A DNA stretch of 32,000 nucleotides from NCBI GenBank assembly GCA_934660865.1, contig CAKUIA010000003.1, forward strand, positions 60,001 through 92,000. The letters are read 5' to 3'. The stretch comes from an uncultured Opitutales bacterium. Lineage in GTDB: Bacteria; Verrucomicrobiota; Verrucomicrobiia; Opitutales; Intestinicryptomonadaceae. Positions 8,910 to 18,523 of the stretch are shown piece after piece (the stretch's first letter is position 1; each line of letters begins with the position of its first letter). The notes under the pieces are model-generated. The model had not been told where the DNA came from. It saw only the letters and a list, made by a program, of their open reading frames with translations, and made no database searches. The position numbers and the translations under genes were made by a program.

Positions 8910-9455
8910 TTAATATATGCCAGACGGATTGTTTTTCAGCGTCTGCGCCTTTTGCTTTTCTTCGGGTGTCATATTGGCAAAAATCATGTCCATTGCCTGC
9001 CTGGCTTCGTCTATATCGTGCCAAATAAGCGAAAACAGCGCATAGGCTTTTGCGTTGTCGCATTCAAGGCCTATGCCGTTTGCGTAGCACACCCCAAGGT
9101 TGTATACGGCAAGCTTGTTTTTTAGGCGGGCGGCTTTGCGCATATAATCAACGCCCTTGCTTTCGTCCTGGTTTACGCCTATGCCGTTTATGTAGCAAAT
9201 GCCCACGTTGTATAGCGCCTCGGAATTGTTGCTTTTGGCCGCTTTTAAAAACCACTTAAATGCCTCTTTTTCGTTTTTAGAAACTATTATGCCGTTAAGG
9301 TAATATTCGCCCAATTTTATTTGGCTTGCAGTGTTGCCGGCTTTGGCCTTTTCGATAAGCGATTCTACCCCCAGCGAAAAAACGCTTTCCTTTTCGCCGA
9401 AAGTGCAAAGGCACGCAAGGAAAAACAGTGCAAAGAGTCTTAAAATTTTACCCAT
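8910..9455 (-). CDS. Secreted Sel1-like repeat protein
   Basis: 181 aa with a signal peptide. Sel1 units repeat (SEALYNVGICYINGIGVNQDESKGVDYMRKAA; NKLAVYNLGVCYANGIG). Confidence 0.85.
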   Translation of the reverse strand: MGKILRLFALFFLACLCTFGEKESVFSLGVESLIEKAKAGNTASQIKLGEYYLNGIIVSKNEKEAFKWFLKAAKSNNSEALYNVGICYINGIGVNQDESKGVDYMRKAARLKNKLAVYNLGVCYANGIGLECDNAKAYALFSLIWHDIDEARQAMDMIFANMTPEEKQKAQTLKNNPSGIY

Positions 9456-9476
9456 ATATACTTTCTAAAAGCCGAC

Positions 9477-9506
9477 ATTATCGGCCTAAATTTCGGGCTT
9501 TGTCAA
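9477..9506 (-). promoter_or_regulatory. Putative internal sigma70-type promoter TTGACA-18 nt-GATAAT upstream of the Sel1 gene
   Basis: On the minus strand, TTGACA is at 9506-9501 and GATAAT at 9482-9477. It sits in the only sizeable gap (63 nt) of the long minus-strand gene array. Confidence 0.4.
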
Positions 9507-9518
9507 TCCTACATTTTG

Positions 9519-11783
9519 TTATTTTTTGGGGTCGGCTATGTCGCGCATAATGTCGCCGAGCGCGCTGAATGCGAGCACCGCGGCAAATATTGCAACGCCA
9601 GGCAGCAGCAGCCACCAAAAGCCCAGCATAAGCACTTTTGTGTCGTTTTGCGCCTGCGAAAGCATTAACCCCCACGACGCCGCGGGCTCTTGTATGCCAA
9701 GCCCCAAAAACGAAAGGGCGGCCTCGCCTAATATGTAGGCGGGTATAGAAAGCATTGCGCTTACAATTAAATAGCTGAGCATATTTGGCAAAAAGTGTTT
9801 TACAATTACCCTTAGCGGGTTTTGCCCCATGCAAATTGCGGCCTGCACATACTGCCTTTTGCGCAGCGAAAGCGCCATGCCCCTTATTACGCGGGCCGCC
9901 CCCGCCCAGCCCAGCGCCGAAAGAATGATTATAATCATTGCATACATTTGCCCGCTGCTAAAGTGCGGGGCCAACGCCGAGCGCATTGCCAAAAGCAAAT
10001 ACAGACTGGGAACCGCCATTAAAAATTCTACAAAGCGCATGCAGACAAAGTCTATTGCGCCTCCGAAATAGCCCGAAAGCCCGCCTACTACAAATCCCAA
10101 AACAAGGGTTATTGCAATGCCTATAAAGCCTATGCTAAGCGAAATTACCGCCCCGTATAAAAGCCTTGTAAATACGCATCTGCCGGTAGAGTCGGTGCCT
10201 AGCAAAAATACCCTGTCGTTGGGGTTTTCCGTTCCGAAAAGGTGGGTTTTGCATTTAAACATTCCCCAAAAATTATATTCCGAACCTTCTGCAAAGAATT
10301 TTATTTTTGCCTTCGAAACGGGAATGTAGGTAGACGCCGAAACGTCTACCCTTTTATATTGAACCGCCCAAAGCGAGCCGTTTTCGTATACAATTTTTGT
10401 GGGCGGTGCAAACGCACTGTTAAGGTTTTGCCGTTCGGGCGCATAGGGCGACAAAAACTGCGAAAATGCCGCCGAAAAATACATAACAAGCAGCACCGCA
10501 AGCGAAAGCGCGCCTTTTTTGCTCTTTAAAATGGGCTTTAAAAAGTGCCTTATAAAATATATCGCGCCCCAAAGCAGCCCCACAACAACCGCGGCAACAA
10601 GCGCGCAAAGCAACGCAATGCAGGCGTATTTTAGCGCGTTTGCAAAATATGCAAACAAAAGGGGCTTGCATTCGGCAAAATAGGTTAGGGCCGCGCATAC
10701 AAGTGCTGTTGCCGAAAGTATTATAGTAAGCGTCCTATAGGGTATCTTTTCGTTTTCAAGCCTAATTCTGGGGTCGCATACCGCCAGCAGAATGTCGGCA
10801 ACAAGCTGGCCTACCACAAGCATAACGCAGCCGATAACTACGCCCGCCATAACCACAAATTGGTCCTGCTTTAAAATGGCGGTATATACAAGCTGCCCAA
10901 GCCCCGGGTAGTTCATTACGTTTTCTATTAAAAGCGCGCCCGACAATATGCCGCTAAGGGCAAACCCGAAAGACGTTATAAGCGGGTTTAGCGCGTTTCT
11001 TAAAATGTGCTTTAATGCGATTGCGTTTTCGCCGACGCCCTTTGCGCGCGCGGTTGTAACAAATTCCTGGTTCGAATAATCCAGGAAATTGCCGCGCATA
11101 ATTCTTGTAAGCGAGGCTATAGAGCCTATGCTTAAAACCGCCGTCGGCAAAATAAGGTGGGTAAGAAAGTCGCCCACCTTTTGCGGGAATGAAAGAAAGT
11201 CGAACTGTATTGAAGTTTGCCCGCCCGTGGGCAGCCAGCCCGTAAGGGCGGCGGCAAGCACCGCCAACAATGCAAGGAAAAAGTAGGGCACGCTAAGGCA
11301 TATGTACGACAATACCCCCGTAATTTTGTCGAATGCCGAATTTTTATACATTGCGGCCAAAGCCCCCAGCGGTATGGCAATTAAATATGTCGCAAAAAGC
11401 GAGGCGAACGCCAGCGCCAAAGTTGCGGGTATTCTTTGCCAAAGCAGATTGCTAACGGGTATTTTGTAGCTCCACGAATATCCGAAATCGGGCTTGCCAA
11501 AATATACAACGGAATGCTGCGCCTTTTCGCTTTCGGGCAAAAACAGGCTGCTTTTTACGGGAGAAACCCCGTTTAGCCACCTTGCATACTGCACATACCA
11601 CGGCTTGTCCAAGCCGAGGCGTATTTCCTCCTGCCTTACAATTTCGGGGCTAATCTCTTTCGAGTTTCTCGCTTCGCTTAAAAAGTCGCCCGGGGCCATA
11701 TACATAAGCAAAAACACCAGTGCGCTTGTCGCCAAAAGCATTGGTATAATCGAAAGAAAGCGTCTTAAAACGTACCTAATCAT
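9519..11783 (-). CDS. Fused oligopeptide/dipeptide ABC transporter permease (OppB/DppB-like N-half + OppC/DppC-like C-half)
   Basis: 754 aa. Residues 1-342 resemble OppB (MIRYVLRRFLSIIP..., ending CDPRIRL). Residues about 423-754 resemble OppC (SPYAP..., LLGTDSTGRCVFTRLLYG). An 80-aa hydrophobic linker joins the two halves. Confidence 0.85.
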   Translation of the reverse strand: MIRYVLRRFLSIIPMLLATSALVFLLMYMAPGDFLSEARNSKEISPEIVRQEEIRLGLDKPWYVQYARWLNGVSPVKSSLFLPESEKAQHSVVYFGKPDFGYSWSYKIPVSNLLWQRIPATLALAFASLFATYLIAIPLGALAAMYKNSAFDKITGVLSYICLSVPYFFLALLAVLAAALTGWLPTGGQTSIQFDFLSFPQKVGDFLTHLILPTAVLSIGSIASLTRIMRGNFLDYSNQEFVTTARAKGVGENAIALKHILRNALNPLITSFGFALSGILSGALLIENVMNYPGLGQLVYTAILKQDQFVVMAGVVIGCVMLVVGQLVADILLAVCDPRIRLENEKIPYRTLTIILSATALVCAALTYFAECKPLLFAYFANALKYACIALLCALVAAVVVGLLWGAIYFIRHFLKPILKSKKGALSLAVLLVMYFSAAFSQFLSPYAPERQNLNSAFAPPTKIVYENGSLWAVQYKRVDVSASTYIPVSKAKIKFFAEGSEYNFWGMFKCKTHLFGTENPNDRVFLLGTDSTGRCVFTRLLYGAVISLSIGFIGIAITLVLGFVVGGLSGYFGGAIDFVCMRFVEFLMAVPSLYLLLAMRSALAPHFSSGQMYAMIIIILSALGWAGAARVIRGMALSLRKRQYVQAAICMGQNPLRVIVKHFLPNMLSYLIVSAMLSIPAYILGEAALSFLGLGIQEPAASWGLMLSQAQNDTKVLMLGFWWLLLPGVAIFAAVLAFSALGDIMRDIADPKK

Positions 11784-13605
11784 CTTGGTAAAGCTCGTCT
11801 AAATTCCACAAAATGCTTTCGCTTTGGGGAACGGATATGTTTTTCCACTTCTTTTTTACGCCCGAATACGAGAAAGGGGTTGTCAGATATATCAACGGCA
11901 GCTGCTCGGTAAAAATTTCCTGCATTTTAAAGACTATGTTGCGGCGCTTTTGCAAATCCATTTCGCTTTCCTGCCGGTCCATTAAGGCGTCTATCTGCCT
12001 TTCCCAGTCGGTTTGGGGCTTGTCTTGGCGCGGGTTCCATATATGCAAAAAGCCGTCGGAACGGTATATGGCCTTTCCCCCCGAAGGGTCTCCGCCGCCC
12101 GTAAAGCCAAGCATTACGGCTTCAAAGTCGCACGAATCGTTTATCCTCGAAATCATCGCCGAAAAGTCCATTGCGGTAAGTTTTACGGCAATGCCCACCG
12201 CCTTTAGATTTTCCATTATGGTTGTGGCGGTGTTCATTGCGCTTAAAGAGCCGTCCGAAATCATAAGCGAAAATTCCACGCGGTGCCCCTGTTTGTCGAA
12301 AAGCTCGCCGCCTTTGTATACAAAGCCCGCCTTTAATAAAAGCTCTTTTGCCAATTTGGGGTTGTAGTCGTATTTTTTAAGGTTCGGGTTGTGCCACTTT
12401 TTGTTTGTCTGCCCTATAACCGAGTCTATCTCCTTTGCCCTGCCAAAGAAGGTGCCGTTTATAAGGTCGCGCCTGTTTATGGCGTATAGTACCGCCTGGC
12501 GGAACAGCTTGTTACAAAACCAGTTTACCTTGTAGCTTTTTAGGGTCGAATTTTCCTTTAGCGCCGCCCGCATATTTTGGTTGAAGCACAAAAACTGAAT
12601 GCCCGAATCGGGGCCTCGCTCGTATATGTCGAAATTGTATGTTTTGGCAAAGTTTTTCACCCAAACATAGTCGTTTGCCGAAACGTTTGCCGCGTCGCTT
12701 TGCCCCGTTGCAAACAGCACCGTTGCCGTGTTCGCGTCGGAAACGAATTTGAATATCAAAAAGTCTATATACGGCAGGCGCTGCAGTTTTTTGTCGGCTT
12801 TCCAGTAGTGCGGGTTGGGCTCTAAAACAAGCCTTTCGCCGGGGCGGTACGAATATATTTTAAATGCGCCCAACCCGACGATTTCGTCGGGGGTTTCTAT
12901 TGCGGTTTGGCTTGTCCAGCTTAAGGTTAGCGTTCCGTTTTCGAAAGACTTAAGCAGCTTGTGCTTTGGCAGAATTTCAAGATAGCTTATGTCGTTTACA
13001 AAGGGGGCGTAAACCGTGCTGGTTTTAAATTCAACGGTGTAGTCGTCTATCTTTTTGTATTTAACGTATTCGCCGCCTATGGTGTATTGCCCGGCGTTTC
13101 GGGTAGGGTACCTAAGAAGCGCCTTTCCCGTTTTGGGGTCTTTTTCAACATTGCCGTTTTTGTCTAGCTTGGGGGCAAAAATGCAGTCGAGCGTAAAAAT
13201 TACGTCGTCGGCCGAAAAGGGCGCGCCGTCGCTAAACTTTACGCCCTCCCTTAAACGGAATATGTAGGTTTTGTTGTCGGGCAATACCTGCCACGACTTT
13301 GCAAGGGCGGGTACAATCTTGTCGGCAATGGGGTCGTAGTCTACAAGCCTGCCTGTGGTGCAGCCCACGGCAAAGGCGGAATACGCGTCGGTTATGGTAA
13401 GCGGGTTAAAAGTTTTAGGTTCGCCGAAAATCGGCAAAACAAAAATGCCGCCGTATTTGCCCACGCAGGCATTGCCTACAAGGGCGTCTTTCGGCAGTTT
13501 ATATTGGTTGCGCACAACCTTTACCGACGGCGAACAAGCGCACAGCAACATTGCCGCAAAAAGCGTGGCAAGCAGCGTTTTGCTAATTGTTCGAAATATT
13601 GGCAT
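11776..13605 (-). CDS. ABC transporter substrate-binding lipoprotein, family 5 (OppA/DppA-like)
   Basis: 609 aa with a lipoprotein signal (LFAAMLLCAC). The size and pattern fit family-5 SBPs. It overlaps the permease start by 8 nt and the tatC end by 23 nt. Confidence 0.85.
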   Translation of the reverse strand: MPIFRTISKTLLATLFAAMLLCACSPSVKVVRNQYKLPKDALVGNACVGKYGGIFVLPIFGEPKTFNPLTITDAYSAFAVGCTTGRLVDYDPIADKIVPALAKSWQVLPDNKTYIFRLREGVKFSDGAPFSADDVIFTLDCIFAPKLDKNGNVEKDPKTGKALLRYPTRNAGQYTIGGEYVKYKKIDDYTVEFKTSTVYAPFVNDISYLEILPKHKLLKSFENGTLTLSWTSQTAIETPDEIVGLGAFKIYSYRPGERLVLEPNPHYWKADKKLQRLPYIDFLIFKFVSDANTATVLFATGQSDAANVSANDYVWVKNFAKTYNFDIYERGPDSGIQFLCFNQNMRAALKENSTLKSYKVNWFCNKLFRQAVLYAINRRDLINGTFFGRAKEIDSVIGQTNKKWHNPNLKKYDYNPKLAKELLLKAGFVYKGGELFDKQGHRVEFSLMISDGSLSAMNTATTIMENLKAVGIAVKLTAMDFSAMISRINDSCDFEAVMLGFTGGGDPSGGKAIYRSDGFLHIWNPRQDKPQTDWERQIDALMDRQESEMDLQKRRNIVFKMQEIFTEQLPLIYLTTPFSYSGVKKKWKNISVPQSESILWNLDELYQDD

Positions 13606-14785
13606 CGTTTGCAGATGAAAAGTCGGGGAATAGATTTGGTTCGTTTAAGTCCCAATCGGGAAATAGGGCGGATTTCTCTTCGGGCTGGTCCTGTTGCAGG
13701 GCGTCGTACTCTTCGTCGTAGCCGCGGTAGTTGTACGATTCGGCGTAGTCGTCGTAGTTTTCGGAATCGTAGGCACGGTCGCCGTAGTAGTCGTTGTAGT
13801 TGCCGCGGTCGCCGTCGCCGTAGTCCGTCAATTCTTGGTTTGTATTATCGGAATTTTCGTCGGAAATTTCGCCGTCTGGCTTTTCGTTTGGCTCTCCGTT
13901 TTCGTCTGCAAGCGGTTCGCCGCTTTCCAGAGCCTTTTGTTTGCGAAGTTCCCTTTGCCTTAATTCCTCTTGGCGTTCGCGTTCTTCCTGCTCTTTTTCA
14001 AGCTGTTCTTCCCTAAGTTCGGCCGCCTCCTTTCTTTTGCGAAGGGCGGAGCCCACAATTAAGGCAAGCTCGAACAAAAGCCAAAGTGGAACTGCCAAAA
14101 CTATTTGCGTAACAACATCGGGAGGTGTGATTATTGCCGCTATTGTAAACAAAATTACAATAACCCAGCGGCGGCATTTTTTTAGAACTTCTACCCTAAG
14201 TACGCCCAAGTAGATAAGTATCACCTGCAAAAGCGGCACTTCAAATGAAAGCCCTATGCCCAAAATTGCCATGCAGACAAGCCCGTAATACGACTGGGCG
14301 TCTACAAACATTTCGGTTTGCAGGTATTGTGCGGAAATGTTTGTGGAAAAGTAAAGCCCCAGCGGCAGGATTAAATAGTATGTCATTGCAGCCCCTATAA
14401 AGAACAGCAAAATTGCCGACAAAATGCCCGGTATTAAAACCTTTTTTTCGGATTTTGTAAGGGCCGGGGCTATAAACGAGGCAACGAAATACGCCGTAAA
14501 CGGAATGGCCAGCGCAAAGCCCGAAAGTATTACCATATATAATATGATGAATATGGGGCTTGTAAAGTTGGCCATTCTTATGGGGATTTTCTGCCCGAGC
14601 ATGGCTTCGGCCGAGTGCAGGGGGCCCAGCAGGAAATCGTTTACATACGAAAAGAAAAAGAAAGTTCCCATACAGCAGACGAAAAGCGCAATCAGGCTTT
14701 TTATTATAACCCAGCGCATTTCCTCGAGATGGTCCAAAAAGCCCATCTCCTTGTCGGCCGCCATATCTTTCAATTTCTGCAGCAT
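13583..14785 (-). CDS. tatC: Twin-arginine translocase subunit TatC with a ~150-aa C-terminal charged/low-complexity extension
   Basis: 400 aa. The start (MGFLDHLEEMRWVIIKSL) and six-TM core up to about residue 248 fit TatC. The remainder is an ER/K-rich then D/Y/N-rich tail. Confidence 0.85.
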   Translation of the reverse strand: MLQKLKDMAADKEMGFLDHLEEMRWVIIKSLIALFVCCMGTFFFFSYVNDFLLGPLHSAEAMLGQKIPIRMANFTSPIFIILYMVILSGFALAIPFTAYFVASFIAPALTKSEKKVLIPGILSAILLFFIGAAMTYYLILPLGLYFSTNISAQYLQTEMFVDAQSYYGLVCMAILGIGLSFEVPLLQVILIYLGVLRVEVLKKCRRWVIVILFTIAAIITPPDVVTQIVLAVPLWLLFELALIVGSALRKRKEAAELREEQLEKEQEERERQEELRQRELRKQKALESGEPLADENGEPNEKPDGEISDENSDNTNQELTDYGDGDRGNYNDYYGDRAYDSENYDDYAESYNYRGYDEEYDALQQDQPEEKSALFPDWDLNEPNLFPDFSSANDANISNN

Positions 14786-14794
14786 ATTATACCG

Positions 14795-17227
14795 TTAGGC
14801 TCTAAGTTGGTATTTTTTCGCCAATTCGGCGCAAACGGCGTCGAACACTTTTGCGACTTCCTCCGCCTTAAGCGTTTTTTCGGCCGAGCGCATTGCAATC
14901 GAAAACGCCAAGCTTTTCTTGTTTTCGGGAAGCCCTTTGCCCTGGTATTCGTCGAAAATGTCTACGCTTTCGACATCGCAAAGCCCCTTTGCCTTTGCCT
15001 GCGCAATTTTCAAAATCTCGAACGACAAGTCGCCTGCCTTTGCGTTTTGGTCTACAATAACGGCAACGTCTCTTGTAGAAAGCGGGAAAAGGCTAAAGCT
15101 TTTGAACTTTTCGGTGTGTTTTTTGCGCGAGCATACGTCGCTTTTAAGTATCACTTCGCCGGCGTATACGGGAATGTTTATGCCGTTTTCGCGCAGCATT
15201 GCCAAGTTAAGCGCGCCGCATTCAAACGCGTAGCCCTCGCGGCCTATAAAGCCGCCGCGGGCCGCAAAGCCCTTTTGGAAAAATTCGCTTTCGCTTGCGT
15301 CGAACGAAAACCTGTCTATGCCCAAAATCGAGAATATGTCGCAAACAAGTTTTTTTGCGGTGAAAAAGTCGGGGTTTTCCCTCTTTGCCCACAGCCTTCT
15401 TTCGTCTACGGCGGGGAATGCAAACGCAACCGACATAAGCTCTATTAAGCCGTCCTTTTCGGTTCTGAAAACCTTGCCTACTTCGAACAACCCCTTAAAG
15501 GGGTTGTTCGCGTCCAAATTCAGCCTAAGGGCGTCTAGCAAGCCGTCTATAAGCGAGGGGCGAATGCAGTCTTGGTCGCTTGTAAGGGGGTTGTCCAGCT
15601 TAAGGGCTTGTACGTTCAAATCGCCGTGAAGCTTGGCGGTAAGCTTGGAATCCCTTAAAGTGTAGTGCTGACATTCGTTAAAGCCCCAGTCGGCCAAAAA
15701 GTCGGAAACTTTGCGCTCGAAAACAAAAGTTTTGTCGTCGTCGCGGTGGGTTGCGGCAACCATAACCCTTGTTTCGGGAATCTTGTCGGAACCGTAAATT
15801 CTTATAAATTCCTCCACCAAATCTACGGGGCGGTCTACATCGCTTCTAAACGAGGGAACCAAAACCTTGTAGTTTTCGCCGTTTTGCTCTACCGAAAATT
15901 CCAGCGATTCGAACACCTTTACAACGTCTTGGCCGCCTACGCTAAAGCCGAGCTTGTCGCAAACATAGGCCAGCGAAATTTCTATTGTGCGGTCGCCGCG
16001 CGGAGCTTTGCCTGCAACGTAGGTTGCCCCTTCCTTTTTGCCGCCTGCAAGCTGCTCTAAAAGTTCTACGGCTCTTGCCGAGGCGTCGAACACGCCCTTT
16101 GGGTCTACGTCTCTGGCGTAGCGGTAGGCGGCGTCGGTGCTAATGGCAAGCTTGCGCGAGGTTGCCCTTACATTGCCCGGGTTAAAGTATGCGCTTTCCA
16201 AAATAACGTCGCATGTGGTGTCTTTAACTTCCGAATTTTCGCCGCCCATAACGCCCGCGAGGGCCACGGGAGTTTCGCCGTTGCAAATAAGGGTGTTGTT
16301 TGCGCAAAGAGTGTGTTCTTTGCCGTCTAAAGTTTTAATCTTTTCGCCGTCTTTGGCCGTTCTTACAACAATGCTTTTTGTGGTAATGTCGTTTGCGTCG
16401 AAGGCGTGCAAAGGCTGGCCGTATTCCATCATAACAAAGTTGGTAATGTCTACAACGTTGTTTATTGGGCGCAAGCCAACGGCTTCCAAGTCTCTTTTAA
16501 GCCAGTCGGGGCTGGGAGCAATCTTTACATTCCTTACAACCGCCGCAGTATATAGCGGGCAGTTTTTTGTTTTAAGCTCTATGCTTTTTAACAGTTCGCT
16601 TTGGGGCTTGTCGGAATATTCAACCGCCTTTAATTGCGGGGTTTTAACCTTTAAGTTGAATTTTGCGGCAAGCTCGCGCGCAACTCCTATATGGCTTAGG
16701 CAGTCGCCCCTGTTGGCGGTAAGCTCTATTTCGTACATCGTGTCGGAATCTTTAAACACGTCGTTAATGGGAGTTCCAACTTCGGGGCGCATTGTAAGGA
16801 TAAGCAGGCCGCTATGGTCTTGCCCCAAACCCAGCTCCCTTGCCGAGCACATCATGCCGAAAGAGTCTATGCCCCTAAGTTTCGAGGCCTTAATTTCGAA
16901 AACAGAGCCGTCTTCGCAGGGAAGTTTTGCGCCTATCAAGGCCACTGGAACCCTGTCGCCTACAACATAGTTGTGCGCGCCGCAGACAATCTGAATGGGG
17001 TCTTTGTCGGGGTCTACCAAAACTTTGCAAACTCCCAGCTTGTCGGCATTCGGGTGGGGGTCGCGGCTTAAGATTTCGCCTACAACAACGTTGTCGAGCT
17101 GTTTTAAACCGAGCGTTTTTACGCTTTCGATTTCAAGCCCCAACATGGGAAGTGCGTTTTCGATTTCTTCGGGTTTTACGCCGCTTAAATCAATGTAGTC
17201 GTTCAACCATTTTAAACTTATATTCAT
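14795..17227 (-). CDS. pheT: Phenylalanine--tRNA ligase beta subunit
   Basis: 810 aa starting MNISLKWLNDYIDL. B3/4, B5 and FDX-ACB-like regions follow in the usual order. It lies 4 nt downstream of pheS. Confidence 0.95.
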   Translation of the reverse strand: MNISLKWLNDYIDLSGVKPEEIENALPMLGLEIESVKTLGLKQLDNVVVGEILSRDPHPNADKLGVCKVLVDPDKDPIQIVCGAHNYVVGDRVPVALIGAKLPCEDGSVFEIKASKLRGIDSFGMMCSARELGLGQDHSGLLILTMRPEVGTPINDVFKDSDTMYEIELTANRGDCLSHIGVARELAAKFNLKVKTPQLKAVEYSDKPQSELLKSIELKTKNCPLYTAAVVRNVKIAPSPDWLKRDLEAVGLRPINNVVDITNFVMMEYGQPLHAFDANDITTKSIVVRTAKDGEKIKTLDGKEHTLCANNTLICNGETPVALAGVMGGENSEVKDTTCDVILESAYFNPGNVRATSRKLAISTDAAYRYARDVDPKGVFDASARAVELLEQLAGGKKEGATYVAGKAPRGDRTIEISLAYVCDKLGFSVGGQDVVKVFESLEFSVEQNGENYKVLVPSFRSDVDRPVDLVEEFIRIYGSDKIPETRVMVAATHRDDDKTFVFERKVSDFLADWGFNECQHYTLRDSKLTAKLHGDLNVQALKLDNPLTSDQDCIRPSLIDGLLDALRLNLDANNPFKGLFEVGKVFRTEKDGLIELMSVAFAFPAVDERRLWAKRENPDFFTAKKLVCDIFSILGIDRFSFDASESEFFQKGFAARGGFIGREGYAFECGALNLAMLRENGINIPVYAGEVILKSDVCSRKKHTEKFKSFSLFPLSTRDVAVIVDQNAKAGDLSFEILKIAQAKAKGLCDVESVDIFDEYQGKGLPENKKSLAFSIAMRSAEKTLKAEEVAKVFDAVCAELAKKYQLRA

Positions 17228-17231
17228 TGCC

Positions 17232-18278
17232 TTATTTGCGTGGAAATTGTTTTAGGAAGCGAAGGTCGTTCGCATAGAAGTGGCGAATGTCGTCTATCGA
17301 GTGGGTAAGCATTGCAACGCGCTCCACACCCAGGCCGAATGCGTAGCCGCTGTAAACTTCGGGGTCTATGCCCACGTTTTTAAGGACATTTGGGTCTACC
17401 ATTCCGCAGCCCATAATTTCTATCCACCTATTGCTAAGCTTGCCCATATCGGGGCTCATAAAGTCTACCTCAAAGCTCGGCTCGGTAAAGGGGAAAAAGC
17501 TGGGGCGCAGCCTTGTTTTTGCCTTGTCGCCGAAAAGCTCTTTAAACATATAGTCGAGCACGGCCTTCAAGTCGGTCAAACGTACGTCTTTGTCGATATA
17601 CAGGCACTCTATTTGATGGAAGTTTGCCGAGTGCGTTGCGTCTACGGTGTCTCTGCGGAAAGCGCGGCCTGGGGCTACAATCCTTACGGGAGCTCCCTCT
17701 TTAAGCATTGTTCTGATTTGCACGGTAGAAGTGTGGCTGCGCAGCAAATACATTTCGTCTGCGTGCTTGTTTACGTTCAAAAACTTTGTGTCTTTGGGCA
17801 TAAACAGGGTGTCTTGCGCGTCCCTCGCAGGGTGGTCGGCGGGGGTGTTAAGCGCGTCGAAGCAGAACCACTCGGTGTCTATTTCGCAGGCTTGGGCCAC
17901 CGTAAAGCCTATTTTTTTGAATATGTCGCAAATGCGCCTTATCGTTTGCGTAAGCGGGTGTATTGTTCCCATCTTAAAGTCGGGCGCAGGCAGCGAAACG
18001 TCGCGTTCGGCACCCAAGCTTTTGGCCATTTGCAGGCTTTCGGCCTTTGCGTAGGCAGCCGAAATTGCGCTTTCGGCGGCAACTTTTGCCTTGTTTATAA
18101 GTTTGCCTGCAAGGGGTCTTTCGCTCTTGTCCAAAGTGGGTATTAACTTCATAAGGGCTGTAAGCGAGCCTTTTGGCCCCGTTATTGCAGCCGATATTTG
18201 TGAAATCTGCGCCGCGCTTGAGGCGTTTTTCAAACCGTTTTCAAGCTCGGCAATAATTGCGTTGATTTTATCTTCCAT
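17232..18278 (-). CDS. pheS: Phenylalanine--tRNA ligase alpha subunit
   Basis: 348 aa with class II motifs (HPARDAQDTLF, RSHTSTVQIR, FGLGVERVAML). Confidence 0.95.
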   Translation of the reverse strand: MEDKINAIIAELENGLKNASSAAQISQISAAITGPKGSLTALMKLIPTLDKSERPLAGKLINKAKVAAESAISAAYAKAESLQMAKSLGAERDVSLPAPDFKMGTIHPLTQTIRRICDIFKKIGFTVAQACEIDTEWFCFDALNTPADHPARDAQDTLFMPKDTKFLNVNKHADEMYLLRSHTSTVQIRTMLKEGAPVRIVAPGRAFRRDTVDATHSANFHQIECLYIDKDVRLTDLKAVLDYMFKELFGDKAKTRLRPSFFPFTEPSFEVDFMSPDMGKLSNRWIEIMGCGMVDPNVLKNVGIDPEVYSGYAFGLGVERVAMLTHSIDDIRHFYANDLRFLKQFPRK

Positions 18279-18523
18279 ATCAAAGCCGATACAGTCTCAA
18301 ATATTGCGGAAAATCGCAAGTATTTTATTGCATATTGTTTGCCGCTTAAACGCTGAATTTTGCCGAAAATGTACGATGAAAATCGGCACAGTTTGCCTGG
18401 GGCAATGTAGGCTACCAAACAAAAACGCCCAAATTTTTTGCAAAGCCTGGTTTTTGCTGCAGGGTAGGCTGCCGAATATGAAAATTGCAACTTAATTATA
18501 AACAAATTGTTGCGTTTGCAAAA

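Noticed and set aside
13504-14016. 170-aa Arg/Ser-rich plus-strand ORF (and the 89-aa Val-rich ORF at 13694..13963)
   Set aside because: These are mirror images of the Asp/Glu/Tyr-rich codon repeats of the TatC tail on the opposite strand, a compositional artefact.
14615-18146. Long plus-strand ORFs 14615..15448 (277 aa), 16137..16970 (277 aa) and 17280..18146 (288 aa)
   Set aside because: All are antisense to pheT/pheS, whose identity is unambiguous. None has motifs or start-site context.
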